Shown piece after piece: positions 17,188-26,190 of a DNA stretch of 44,011 nt. A program made the position numbers and the translations under genes. Where the stretch lies: positions 1 through 44,011 of IMG/VR virus record IMGVR_UViG_3300020045_007976; one strand, 5' to 3'. The notes below the pieces were generated by a model, which was not told where the DNA came from, did not search any database, and saw only the letters and a program-made list of their open reading frames with translations. Positions within the stretch are counted from its first letter, which is position 1; every line of letters starts with the position of its first letter. The DNA comes from a virus (lineage: Duplodnaviria; Caudoviricetes).

Positions 17188-17655
17188 CTACAAAGAAAAC
17201 TTTCTATAAATTTTCCAACACACAAACAAAATCACAATAATTAACGGAAACCACCACCATTTTATTAATCCCTCTCGTTGGCTTTGCTTTGCTTGGGCAA
17301 TCTTTTTTGTCTGTTCCTGTTTTTTCGTGTTTGTATTTGTTTTGTTGGCTGTTTGCTCATTGATTAGTGTATTTGTATTGTTATCAGTTTTTAATGCCTT
17401 ATTTCGCTTTATTTTACGTTGTGTGATTTTCTTCCTAGGCGTTTCAATAATTGTTTCTTCAATCACTTCTTTAGTCGAATCGGTAAAAACAATTCTAGTT
17501 TCTTCTTTTACATTCGAATCAATAACGACATCGTTTTTAATCTCCGTTGTTTCTTGTTTATTTGCTTCGGTTACTTCCTTTGTCTTTTCGACTTTACGGG
17601 CACCGCATGAACATAGCATTAATGCGAATATTCCGATTGTTATTTCTTTTTTCAT
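17188..17655 (-). CDS. Putative unimolecular spanin (start revised to ATG 17655)
   Basis: N-terminal lipobox (ALMLCSC), C-terminal TM (WWWFPLIIVILFVCW); lies downstream of the endolysin. Confidence 0.65.
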   Translation of the reverse strand: MKKEITIGIFALMLCSCGARKVEKTKEVTEANKQETTEIKNDVVIDSNVKEETRIVFTDSTKEVIEETIIETPRKKITQRKIKRNKALKTDNNTNTLINEQTANKTNTNTKKQEQTKKIAQAKQSQREGLIKWWWFPLIIVILFVCWKIYRKFSL

Positions 17656-17698
17656 AATGTTTATTTTTAATTGTGGCGAATTCGCCTTAATTAGAATT

Positions 17699-18157
17699 TT
17701 ATGGTATTGGTTTGAATAAATAAATTGTTTTGATGCCATTATATCCTAAAATTTCTGATGCTGGATATTTATCAATATTTTGATAATCAATATTTGGATC
17801 AAAAACGATATCATAATTTTTATTAATCAAGACAGCATGAGTTATTTGATGTGCATTAATTCCATCTTCTTCTTTATAATATTTTGGAGAAAAAACCGAG
17901 GCATAAAATAGACCATTAACACCGTCATAATCTTTTAGGTTTCCTATTGTTGAATATTCTGAATTCGGATAATTATATAAGCAATGTTCGAATTCAAAAC
18001 CATACTCAAACATAAATCCAGTCATTGCCTCAATCGGAAATTCAAATTTTAAAAAATGTGGCACTTCTTCATATTCTAAATTTAAAAGTGTTGCTATTGC
18101 ACATTTCATACAATCCCCGTTTCCTGCGTCAACCTGCCTTTGAAATACTTTTTTCAT
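17699..18157 (-). CDS. Putative papain-like (C39-type) peptidase-fold protein
   Basis: Q.....GDC...AIA, HAVL and VFDPN suggest a Cys-His-Asp triad. Confidence 0.55.
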   Translation of the reverse strand: MKKVFQRQVDAGNGDCMKCAIATLLNLEYEEVPHFLKFEFPIEAMTGFMFEYGFEFEHCLYNYPNSEYSTIGNLKDYDGVNGLFYASVFSPKYYKEEDGINAHQITHAVLINKNYDIVFDPNIDYQNIDKYPASEILGYNGIKTIYLFKPIP

Positions 18158-18384
18158 TGTATCAATATTTTAATAGTTTCTTCATTCATTTTCTGCTGCA
18201 GCACATTCCGGATAATTTCGCAATCTTTAAACATTTGCTCGTTTTCAAATACCATTAGCGCAATTTCCAAATCAGTAATATTTTTCTCTTTGCACCAATC
18301 AATAAACCTAGATTCTGTTTTAATTAATCCACGAATCCAAAGCGGGTTAATTAGCTCGTTGTATGCTTTGAAGGAATTTTTCAT
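18154..18384 (-). CDS. Hypothetical protein
   Basis: Overlaps the next gene (ATGA). Confidence 0.6.
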   Translation of the reverse strand: MKNSFKAYNELINPLWIRGLIKTESRFIDWCKEKNITDLEIALMVFENEQMFKDCEIIRNVLQQKMNEETIKILIQ

Positions 18385-18413
18385 AACTCATTTTATTTAA
18401 GGTTAAAAATGTG

Positions 18414-18593
18414 TCAATCTTTTATTTTCAATATTTCTTTCACCTCTTCCCATTTCATCTTGTCTGGAAATGATATGTAGTTAAATTTATCTGGGTGCAT
18501 ATTAGAAATATTCTTTTTATCAGAATCGGTTAATTCTATTTGAATAGGTATTGATTCACAATCATACCACGTCCCGTTGATATTTACTTTCAT
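18414..18593 (-). CDS. Hypothetical protein, 59 aa (not in the ORF track)
   Basis: MKVNINGTWYDCESIPIQIELTDSDKKNISNM... fills the gap. Confidence 0.6.
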   Translation of the reverse strand: MKVNINGTWYDCESIPIQIELTDSDKKNISNMHPDKFNYISFPDKMKWEEVKEILKIKD

Positions 18594-18643
18594 AGTTTCT
18601 AGTTTTTAAGTTACGTCATGCAGTAATATAAAGATAGTGATTT

Positions 18644-19090
18644 TTATGTGAAATAGATAGTCGCTTCTTTGTTTCTTCTGTTGGTTAATCCGGTAATAAT
18701 TTTACCTCCGGCTTTATTCCATTTCATAAACTCCAAACGAATAGAGGCGTCATTTGGATTTACATTTGCTTTTCTTAGTAAAGTGCTTTTTTGAAAGTTT
18801 CCTAAACCTATATTATAAGCTAAAGAAACCATTGCATTGAATTTGTTTTGAGAAACATCTTTTTTTAATAATGCACTTACTTTTGCGGCGAACCTATCAG
18901 CAATGATTTTAAACATTTCAAACGCTTCATCTTTAGAAATTGATTTGTCCTGCATAGTTACTTTTCTACCATCTAAATAAAAAGTATTGCCATAGCCAAT
19001 AGTAGGTACTTTTATTGAGTCTAAATAAGGCTTTAAGCTTAATCCCTCAAACTCGGAAATTAATTGATATCCGTTTTTGTCTAGTTTCAT
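18644..19090 (-). CDS. Endolysin, GH24 lysozyme
   Basis: FEG...KPY.D...PTIGYG, YNIG and GL..RR..E motifs. Confidence 0.95.
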   Translation of the reverse strand: MKLDKNGYQLISEFEGLSLKPYLDSIKVPTIGYGNTFYLDGRKVTMQDKSISKDEAFEMFKIIADRFAAKVSALLKKDVSQNKFNAMVSLAYNIGLGNFQKSTLLRKANVNPNDASIRLEFMKWNKAGGKIITGLTNRRNKEATIYFT

Positions 19091-19317
19091 GTTGCATCGT
19101 TTTTATTTATTGAATCCGAGATAGTTTTGTCTTTGTCTGCTGATCCTTTAGAATTACCAAAATAGAAACCTAAAACCATAACCATAAGCATATAAATTTG
19201 GTTTTTATCTGTTTGTGTTACATCGCCAAATAAAATAGTTCCATAGCCCCCAATAACAACAATTAAGGCAATTATGCCTTGTATGTTTGCTTTGAAAAAC
19301 GCTTCTTTACAACTCAT
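19087..19317 (-). CDS. Holin-like 2-TM protein (start revised to 19317)
   Basis: Two TM segments and GFYFG.SKGS..KD. Confidence 0.7.
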   Translation of the reverse strand: MSCKEAFFKANIQGIIALIVVIGGYGTILFGDVTQTDKNQIYMLMVMVLGFYFGNSKGSADKDKTISDSINKNDAT

Positions 19318-19318
19318 A

Positions 19319-19675
19319 TTATTTTCTTTTAAAGCTAGTTGAAACCCAATCAAAAAAACCATCAACCAAAGCGGTTAAAAATATATCAACGTTGAATTTG
19401 TAAATTAAAAACTCCCCTATCTTTTCAGATATTATTGCAATTATTGCAATGACCACAGGAATATAATCGACTTCAATTAGTTTCTGCACCACGCTACTCG
19501 AAAGATATGCGCTTCCAACCCCTATTATCATAGATAACGATACGTTAAACCATGATATTCTACTATTGTTTTTTTTCATTTCTATCGCTAATTTTATACC
19601 AACCGCAATGAACGCTGGAAATATAAATTTTACTAAAAAAGTATAAATTTCATTTTGTAATATTTTCTCTGGCAT
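19319..19675 (-). CDS. Holin-like 3-TM protein
   Basis: Hydrophobic helices; lysis cassette position. Confidence 0.6.
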   Translation of the reverse strand: MPEKILQNEIYTFLVKFIFPAFIAVGIKLAIEMKKNNSRISWFNVSLSMIIGVGSAYLSSSVVQKLIEVDYIPVVIAIIAIISEKIGEFLIYKFNVDIFLTALVDGFFDWVSTSFKRK

Positions 19676-19961
19676 TTCTTTTGGTTTTTAAAATCCATAT
19701 TATGACTACTGCTACTGCAAAAGTCTTTTCGTTAATACTTAATACCTTAGGGTCAAAAAAAAGTTCGTCTAATAGGTTGTTAAATGAATAGCAAGTTAGC
19801 AAATAAAAAACAAAAGAATTGCGATTTACTAAAAAAAGACACGTGCACAGCAAAAATATAAGTAAAGCATTGCCTAAATAGAAACTACCCTTAGGTAAAT
19901 AACCCCAAAAAGAGTATGTAATTATACTTACTATTAATGCTGCCCACGCTATACTTTTCAT
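19650..19961 (-). CDS. Multi-pass membrane protein
   Basis: About 4 TM segments; NNLLDELFFDP. Confidence 0.7.
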   Translation of the reverse strand: MKSIAWAALIVSIITYSFWGYLPKGSFYLGNALLIFLLCTCLFLVNRNSFVFYLLTCYSFNNLLDELFFDPKVLSINEKTFAVAVVIIWILKTKRNARENITK

Positions 19962-20086
19962 TATCTGTCGTTAGGGCGAGTTCCGATTAATACTAATCCT
20001 GCCTTTGCTAAAATAGCCGTAGCGGTTTCAATTGCTTTTTGTTCTTCGTCTGTTGCTTTTCTGCCCAGTACTAAATCCTGTGTCAT
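19961..20086 (-). CDS. Small protein, 41 aa, ending IGTRPNDR (not in the ORF track)
   Basis: Its stop overlaps the next start (TAATG). Confidence 0.6.
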   Translation of the reverse strand: MTQDLVLGRKATDEEQKAIETATAILAKAGLVLIGTRPNDR

Positions 20087-20109
20087 TATTTATTATTTAA
20101 AGTTAAAAT

Positions 20110-20472
20110 TTAAGGTGTTGGTAAATCTCCCCAATACACATTGGTTCCATCAGTCATTAATACTTTCCCTGCGTTTCCTGTTTGGTCAGGAAATACAAAC
20201 TCACGATCCATTTTGGTAACACGGTAGCTTTTCGGGTCCCAACCTAAAAGAGCTGTACTGTCGTTTGCAGGAGCTGGAAAACAAAATATAGACAAAAACA
20301 AGTATCCCCTATCTTCTTGATACCAATCTCTTTCCGGATACTCAATAGTATCGCATGACGGCACTACATCAAATTCGCCTGATCTTTGGCTTATTGATAC
20401 TTTATCTGTTTTTTCAGCACAAGAAAACAATGTTAAGGCTATTAAAAACCCAAGTGTTAAAATTTTTTTCAT
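20110..20472 (-). CDS. Lipoprotein
   Basis: Lipobox LTLFSC; C-terminal PDQTGNAGKVL.TDGT motif. Confidence 0.7.
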   Translation of the reverse strand: MKKILTLGFLIALTLFSCAEKTDKVSISQRSGEFDVVPSCDTIEYPERDWYQEDRGYLFLSIFCFPAPANDSTALLGWDPKSYRVTKMDREFVFPDQTGNAGKVLMTDGTNVYWGDLPTP

Positions 20473-20474
20473 TT

Positions 20475-20888
20475 CTATTTATTAATTAAAGTTACAATTT
20501 GTCGTTTGCTTTTCCGGTACGATTCAATATCTATACCTAATTCAGCTATTTTTTGATTACATTCATTTCTTAAAGCCTCCACTTTTTCTAAAACTTCTAT
20601 AGGCGGTTCAGATATTACCCCTCTAAACATTTTCTCCATAGGTTTCTGCATTTCTTTGCTGATTAAGTTGGTGTATTCGTTATCTATTTGCTCAATTAAA
20701 GGCCTCTTTGATTCTGCGATTTGTTCTGGCGTTGCTCCTTCGTATACACAATCATTTTCAATATCGTAACGAGGGTCAATTTGCCCATTAACAACATGAT
20801 TAATTGCGTTTGTTGGAACTGTTTTTGAAATTACCCCGGATACTTTATTTAAATTATTAGGATCGTAAAAGTGATATAATTTTTCCAT
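20475..20888 (-). CDS. Putative tail fibre assembly protein
   Basis: Follows the fibre gene; EGATPEQI. Confidence 0.5.
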   Translation of the reverse strand: MEKLYHFYDPNNLNKVSGVISKTVPTNAINHVVNGQIDPRYDIENDCVYEGATPEQIAESKRPLIEQIDNEYTNLISKEMQKPMEKMFRGVISEPPIEVLEKVEALRNECNQKIAELGIDIESYRKSKRQIVTLINK

Positions 20889-20889
20889 T

Positions 20890-22188
20890 TTATTGTTCTC
20901 TTGAGAGTTTAAATCCTGAAACTATAGTAGATGTGGTGGTTTGATTGTTTTGCACGAAAATATATAAATATTGGTCTACGCCCCAATTTATAGTAGTTCT
21001 TGTTCTCAAATCTGTTCCTACTATATCGTCATTAGTATTTGTATAGTTTACTAGTTCTGTAAGGTTAGTGCCATTTTTTATAAAAATCTCTGATTTACAT
21101 TGAGCTACTGAGTTAGTTCCAATAATAAGTAATTGATTTAAAGCAACTAATGTAGGGTCTGTAACTAATGTAATTCCAGAGTTTGGAGACAAATAAGGCA
21201 GTACGCTTGTGTTTCCTGATACGGACACGGTTCTTCTAGCTCTTATTATAAGTTTTAAGAATGTATTTGTTGCAAAAGTATTAGCTGGTATTAATTGACT
21301 GCCTACAGCTAACACAGTCGCAGTAGTTCCTGTTACTGCTGTAGAATCTGCATTACTTGCTACTTTAAAAGACATTGTGTAGAATGTATCGAAATAAGTT
21401 TTTAAAGTCGATTTTAAATTTGCCCAAGATAACTTTTTAAATACATTACTTGCGGCCGAATCCATTAAGCCAATATAGTCAGCATCAACCGGTGTTGTTT
21501 TAGATGTTAGTCCATTAATAAATGAACCCCAAGAAGCATCTGTTATTATTGTTTGATAAGTAGTTGCAATATTATCAATCAAATACTTAACATTTCCAAA
21601 AGCTTCTAAAATAGTATTTGAAGAAGTAAATGTTCCAGCAGTTGCAGAAAGACCAGCTAAAAGGGTTGCTAATATAGAAGCACCAGAAGTCGTTTGACTA
21701 TTATTTATCCATTTCTCCCAAACACCATCGTATCCATTGTAATGAATCCAATCCCTGTTTTTTAATGAAATATCTTCGCTACCGAAGTTTACCGTTTCAT
21801 TGTCTGTGGCTTGCCAATAATCACCGTTATTTCCAACTCCATCAACTAAAGTAATAGTTGCAGAGTTGTATTTTCCTTTGTAATGCGATGCTGTAGGATC
21901 AAAAGGCGAAATGCTTGCAAAATTAAAAGCTGGGTAAAACAATTCTTCTAATCTTAAAGAGAGTTCCGTAATTGTTGCAAAAGATTCCGAACCACTTCCT
22001 GTAACATCATCATAAACCAATATCGTACTTACATCGTAAATCCTTCTTTTCGATTGACCTTGTTCAACTATTTGAAACTTGGTTCCATCTTCAGAAAAAT
22101 AAAATTGAGACAATATGAATTCCCCCAAATCGCTATCGATATGGAGCCATGTATAATTGCTCTTTTTTCTTATTTGTAATGTTGCCAT
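20890..22188 (-). CDS. Tail fibre / receptor-binding protein
   Basis: Thr/Ser rich, KTTPVDAD...KKLSWAN.K fibre motif; position in the tail block. Confidence 0.7.
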   Translation of the reverse strand: MATLQIRKKSNYTWLHIDSDLGEFILSQFYFSEDGTKFQIVEQGQSKRRIYDVSTILVYDDVTGSGSESFATITELSLRLEELFYPAFNFASISPFDPTASHYKGKYNSATITLVDGVGNNGDYWQATDNETVNFGSEDISLKNRDWIHYNGYDGVWEKWINNSQTTSGASILATLLAGLSATAGTFTSSNTILEAFGNVKYLIDNIATTYQTIITDASWGSFINGLTSKTTPVDADYIGLMDSAASNVFKKLSWANLKSTLKTYFDTFYTMSFKVASNADSTAVTGTTATVLAVGSQLIPANTFATNTFLKLIIRARRTVSVSGNTSVLPYLSPNSGITLVTDPTLVALNQLLIIGTNSVAQCKSEIFIKNGTNLTELVNYTNTNDDIVGTDLRTRTTINWGVDQYLYIFVQNNQTTTSTIVSGFKLSREQ

Positions 22189-22189
22189 T

Positions 22190-22714
22190 TTAAGATACTC
22201 TTTGAATAAATAATGTCACGATTGAAGGCTGCATATTGTTGTGGGCTTCATCGCCTCCTACAGAATTTTCACTATCTGTTGAAGCAAAACCGGGGTCTGT
22301 TCCCGCTAGTCCTGTTTCAATCTTTGTTCCGCCGTGGTCATGCGCTGGCAATTCTGGAATAGTTAAAACATGATTTTCTTCTCCGAAAGCATTACCCATT
22401 AAAGAGTAATTATTTCCAGAAACGTAAGTTGTCGGGTCATAACCTACAGGAACTCTTCTTCTGTAATCTTCTGTTCCATTGTTCCCGTTACAAATAGCAA
22501 AACCAACACTATTTCCAATCCCCAAACCGGTGCCGTCATAGTTAGCTGTTAAATACGTCGCCATGTCTGCACTTGGAATGTTTAAAACCTTAACCTCGTG
22601 CATCACAAAAGTACTGTCTCGAATCGCTTCCAATATAGTACGAACCTCCAAAGCGGTGTTTAGTCCATTATCGTCAATTGTTCCTATTAAAGCGGTAAAT
22701 TGTGCTATTTCCAT
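22190..22714 (-). CDS. Tail collar-like protein
   Basis: GFAICNG.NGT.D, GEE.H.LT..ELPAH.H and AHNNMQP motifs. Confidence 0.8.
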   Translation of the reverse strand: MEIAQFTALIGTIDDNGLNTALEVRTILEAIRDSTFVMHEVKVLNIPSADMATYLTANYDGTGLGIGNSVGFAICNGNNGTEDYRRRVPVGYDPTTYVSGNNYSLMGNAFGEENHVLTIPELPAHDHGGTKIETGLAGTDPGFASTDSENSVGGDEAHNNMQPSIVTLFIQRVS

Positions 22715-22724
22715 TTTCTATATT

Positions 22725-23567
22725 TTAATTTGTTAAAAAGTCGCTGTTGTTCCAATCAATGTTTAAGAAATCGGCAGGATGCAATATGTCATATAAACTT
22801 TCATTGTAATTTATTCCTAATTTGAATTCTACGTCAGTAATATTCGTCGATCCTATAAAATCTTCGGCCGGAATTGTTTGTTTATTCGTTACCCGGTAAT
22901 CATTCACATAAATAACTGGGTGTGACAAAAGACAGTTTAATCTTCTATAAGTGAAATTATCAATTCCTGGAAAAAAATATTTTTCATACTCAGTTTTTAT
23001 CAATCTTGAATTTACTTTCAATCCGTCTAATGTTGTGTATTCCGAAGAAGAACTCTCAATATCATTGCCTACAAAACAACAAGATAAGCGAATAGATTGA
23101 TAGTTGTTTGCTCGATTGTAAGCTATTCCGCTGAATTCTTTATAATCTCTGTAATCGAATCTAGTTGTTTGTTCTATATCTCTATCGCTTATCGTTATTG
23201 AATTTGTGTACCAAACATAGTCAGAAACCGTATGCTTAAACTTAAGTGTAACCGGCTGTTTATAAAAATCAGTTCCGATATTATTTAGAACGAATCTAAT
23301 TTGTTGCTTTCCTTTGTTGTCTGTAAATTCAGATATTTGAACCTTTGCCGTAATGTCAAGTAATTCCGTTCCACATAAATCACATACAAAAACGCTGTAA
23401 TTTCCATCAAATGCAATATTAGTTTTTGAATTAGTAATTTGAGCATAACTCCCAGTTGTTGAAAGTTGTATCTGAAAAAAATAATTCAAATTAGCATATG
23501 CGCTTTGCCTCGTGTTTAATGCCTCAGCAAGCGTTGGTTTTAATCTTATAAATGCTAAATCATTCAT
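22725..23567 (-). CDS. Putative tail protein
   Basis: Position and beta-rich composition. Confidence 0.55.
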   Translation of the reverse strand: MNDLAFIRLKPTLAEALNTRQSAYANLNYFFQIQLSTTGSYAQITNSKTNIAFDGNYSVFVCDLCGTELLDITAKVQISEFTDNKGKQQIRFVLNNIGTDFYKQPVTLKFKHTVSDYVWYTNSITISDRDIEQTTRFDYRDYKEFSGIAYNRANNYQSIRLSCCFVGNDIESSSSEYTTLDGLKVNSRLIKTEYEKYFFPGIDNFTYRRLNCLLSHPVIYVNDYRVTNKQTIPAEDFIGSTNITDVEFKLGINYNESLYDILHPADFLNIDWNNSDFLTN

Positions 23568-23568
23568 A

Positions 23569-26190
23569 TTACAGAATTGCAGTTAAGGCGTTAGAAAAGT
23601 CGATTTGATCTATGTATAGTGTTCCGTTTACTTTTATGTTGTAAAAAGACAAAGGATTTGCTAATAAAATCGAATTAACATCATACAAACATACAAAATT
23701 ATTGTTTATCGTAAACGATTTTAACCCAATTTCAATATTATATCCTACTTCATTTATAAAAATTATGTTCCCAACCTTATCAATCTTCATGTAATCGCTT
23801 TCGAATTTTTCTTCTAACTTCAAAACCAGCTTATTCGTTGCGATTTCAAACTCGGCATCAACTGGATAACCTTTGATAATTTTGTTCGCTATCGTCTTAA
23901 CTCTAAAGAATCCTTTTTCGATTGCGATACGTTCAAACAAGTACTTTGCATTATCAAAATCACAGAACACTGTAATGTTATGAACTATAGGATTTAATAT
24001 CTTTCCGGAAGCAATGTCATCGATAACAATATCTGATTTATCGATAACTTCTTCGCTTTCTGTTAATAATTGTGTTTCTAATTTATCATTAACCCGAAAC
24101 ATTGTGTTTTTAATATTCTTTCCGCTCAAGTATTTCGCTGCAGTAGCTAAATAAGGGAACCAATTAATTATATTTCTTTTAATTGTGTATCTCAAATTAC
24201 TGTAATTCTCCGGTGAAATAATACCCGAGATTGTGTCAAATCCTTCAGAAGTACGATTAACATACGAAACATCGCTTAAAGGATATTCTATACGCAATGA
24301 AGCACGTCCAGAACCAGTAAAAAAGGCTGGTGATGTTGTTACAGTTGTTGCGCTAAAATCAGTTACGGTCACAGTTTCACCTGCAACAATTATTTCATCC
24401 CCGATATTGAAGCCTAATAAATTCCATGCAAAAGTACCATCTGATAGTATTTTATCTCCTGACCATTGCAAAACCGCTGTAAATTCACCTCTTGAATCTT
24501 CCGGCATGGTCACGCAGTCCAATAAGAATAAACTTTCGTCATTCTCTGTTGCCTTGTTGTCTTTAGTTATTTTTCTTCTTTGTTCTTCTAATAAAAAGGC
24601 GCTTCTAATATGATCGAATTCAAGTTTTAAAATACCATCGGTTTTTGTCGTTGGAAACATCCATTGCGTATCGGTATGAATATCGTCACGGGTGTTTTCT
24701 TCTTCATTTACACGTCCGAATGATGAACGCTTGTAGCCGTATTCGAATTGTTTTAAGAAATACCTTTTGTTATACTCGAAAGTATTTTCTTCATTTGGCA
24801 ATTCTTCCAACACTCCGATTTCGATATTTTTATAAAAATCTTTGTATCCAAATATTTCAACTTTATTTTCATTGATTTGATAATCTCCATTAATCTCTTT
24901 TGGGATATTCATCAAATCTTTGAATTTATTCACAAAAGGCTTATCTGTCAATTGAGCAATCAAATACCCATTGAATGCGAAATTATCGTAGTGCTCGTTT
25001 TCTACATCGTACAAATTTGTATCAACAGTAAGTCCTGATATTGACCTAACATTATGACGAATCAAATCGATTAATCTAATCCCTTTTATTACGCTGTTTA
25101 TTGATGTTTGTGTTGCACTTATTTCAATGCCGTCACACTCCATAAACCATTCAGTAACAGAAGTCGGAATAACAGATGAAGTTCCTGCATTGTCACGAAT
25201 AATCATAGCGATTCCTAATTTCTCTCCTTTTTCAAGTACTGGGATGATAATATCAACATCAAATGTTTCAGTTATACCTGCGTCTTCTGTAGTAAAGACA
25301 TAATATACATCCCTAGCCGAAAAATATTGACCATCAATATATCTACTTGTGATAACGAATGACTTAGTGGTATTCCCTCCCGTGCCTCCAGGTTCATTTA
25401 TAATGTTTACAAATAGGTTTTTTATTTGAACTCTTAAATTCGTAAGCCTTTCACGTGCTTTTAATAATGTTGCATAGTCAGTTATTGAAACCCTGTCCGA
25501 ATCATCAATCGGCCCATCTGTATCATAAACTCTTTCTAAACCAATATAACTATCATCAATATCAAATTTTATCAACTCCTTTTGAGGAAACGCAAAGAAG
25601 AAATTATTAACACCAAATCCAGTAAAAGTATCTCCTATTGCGTCCGAAGTCCATTCACTACTTTGAGCTATTGGCTTGGCTTTTAACAATATATTCGTTG
25701 TGCTGCACGGTATAATCACATTCCCGTCCAAATCTTTATCCGAAAATGCATCAACAAAAACATCTTCACGTCTTTTGATTAGTTCTCGATTAGTATTTTG
25801 AATTACGCTAATTTCAATTTCGTCTTGAGTAATTTTCAATGTCAAGGCATCTACTATTCCTATGGTAAACGGAACACCATCTTTCTCTACAATATATTCA
25901 ACTTCACTTTCCCATCCATACTCGTCAAAACACAAAGCCAAATAATCAAATCCATGTGAAGCGTGCGAAAACTCTACTCCATCAGGTAATATCTGGTTTT
26001 TGTAAATGTACTCAAAGTGATCACGAAATAATTTCAGTTTTATATCTTCATTGCCTATGACAACATCACGGCCATAACGTCCAGAATCTTGAGAAATTTT
26101 GAACGTTTGACCATCCGAGCCGAACGGTTCTGAAATTTGTATTCTACCTATTTTAGGATAGGAAATGAAGTTTAAAAAATACTTAAACAT
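23569..26190 (-). CDS. Putative tail tip/hub protein
   Basis: 873 aa immediately after the tape measure gene. Confidence 0.6.
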   Translation of the reverse strand: MFKYFLNFISYPKIGRIQISEPFGSDGQTFKISQDSGRYGRDVVIGNEDIKLKLFRDHFEYIYKNQILPDGVEFSHASHGFDYLALCFDEYGWESEVEYIVEKDGVPFTIGIVDALTLKITQDEIEISVIQNTNRELIKRREDVFVDAFSDKDLDGNVIIPCSTTNILLKAKPIAQSSEWTSDAIGDTFTGFGVNNFFFAFPQKELIKFDIDDSYIGLERVYDTDGPIDDSDRVSITDYATLLKARERLTNLRVQIKNLFVNIINEPGGTGGNTTKSFVITSRYIDGQYFSARDVYYVFTTEDAGITETFDVDIIIPVLEKGEKLGIAMIIRDNAGTSSVIPTSVTEWFMECDGIEISATQTSINSVIKGIRLIDLIRHNVRSISGLTVDTNLYDVENEHYDNFAFNGYLIAQLTDKPFVNKFKDLMNIPKEINGDYQINENKVEIFGYKDFYKNIEIGVLEELPNEENTFEYNKRYFLKQFEYGYKRSSFGRVNEEENTRDDIHTDTQWMFPTTKTDGILKLEFDHIRSAFLLEEQRRKITKDNKATENDESLFLLDCVTMPEDSRGEFTAVLQWSGDKILSDGTFAWNLLGFNIGDEIIVAGETVTVTDFSATTVTTSPAFFTGSGRASLRIEYPLSDVSYVNRTSEGFDTISGIISPENYSNLRYTIKRNIINWFPYLATAAKYLSGKNIKNTMFRVNDKLETQLLTESEEVIDKSDIVIDDIASGKILNPIVHNITVFCDFDNAKYLFERIAIEKGFFRVKTIANKIIKGYPVDAEFEIATNKLVLKLEEKFESDYMKIDKVGNIIFINEVGYNIEIGLKSFTINNNFVCLYDVNSILLANPLSFYNIKVNGTLYIDQIDFSNALTAIL

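Noticed and set aside
20890-22188. Diversity-generating retroelement target
   Set aside because: No reverse transcriptase and no template/variable repeat pair were noticed.
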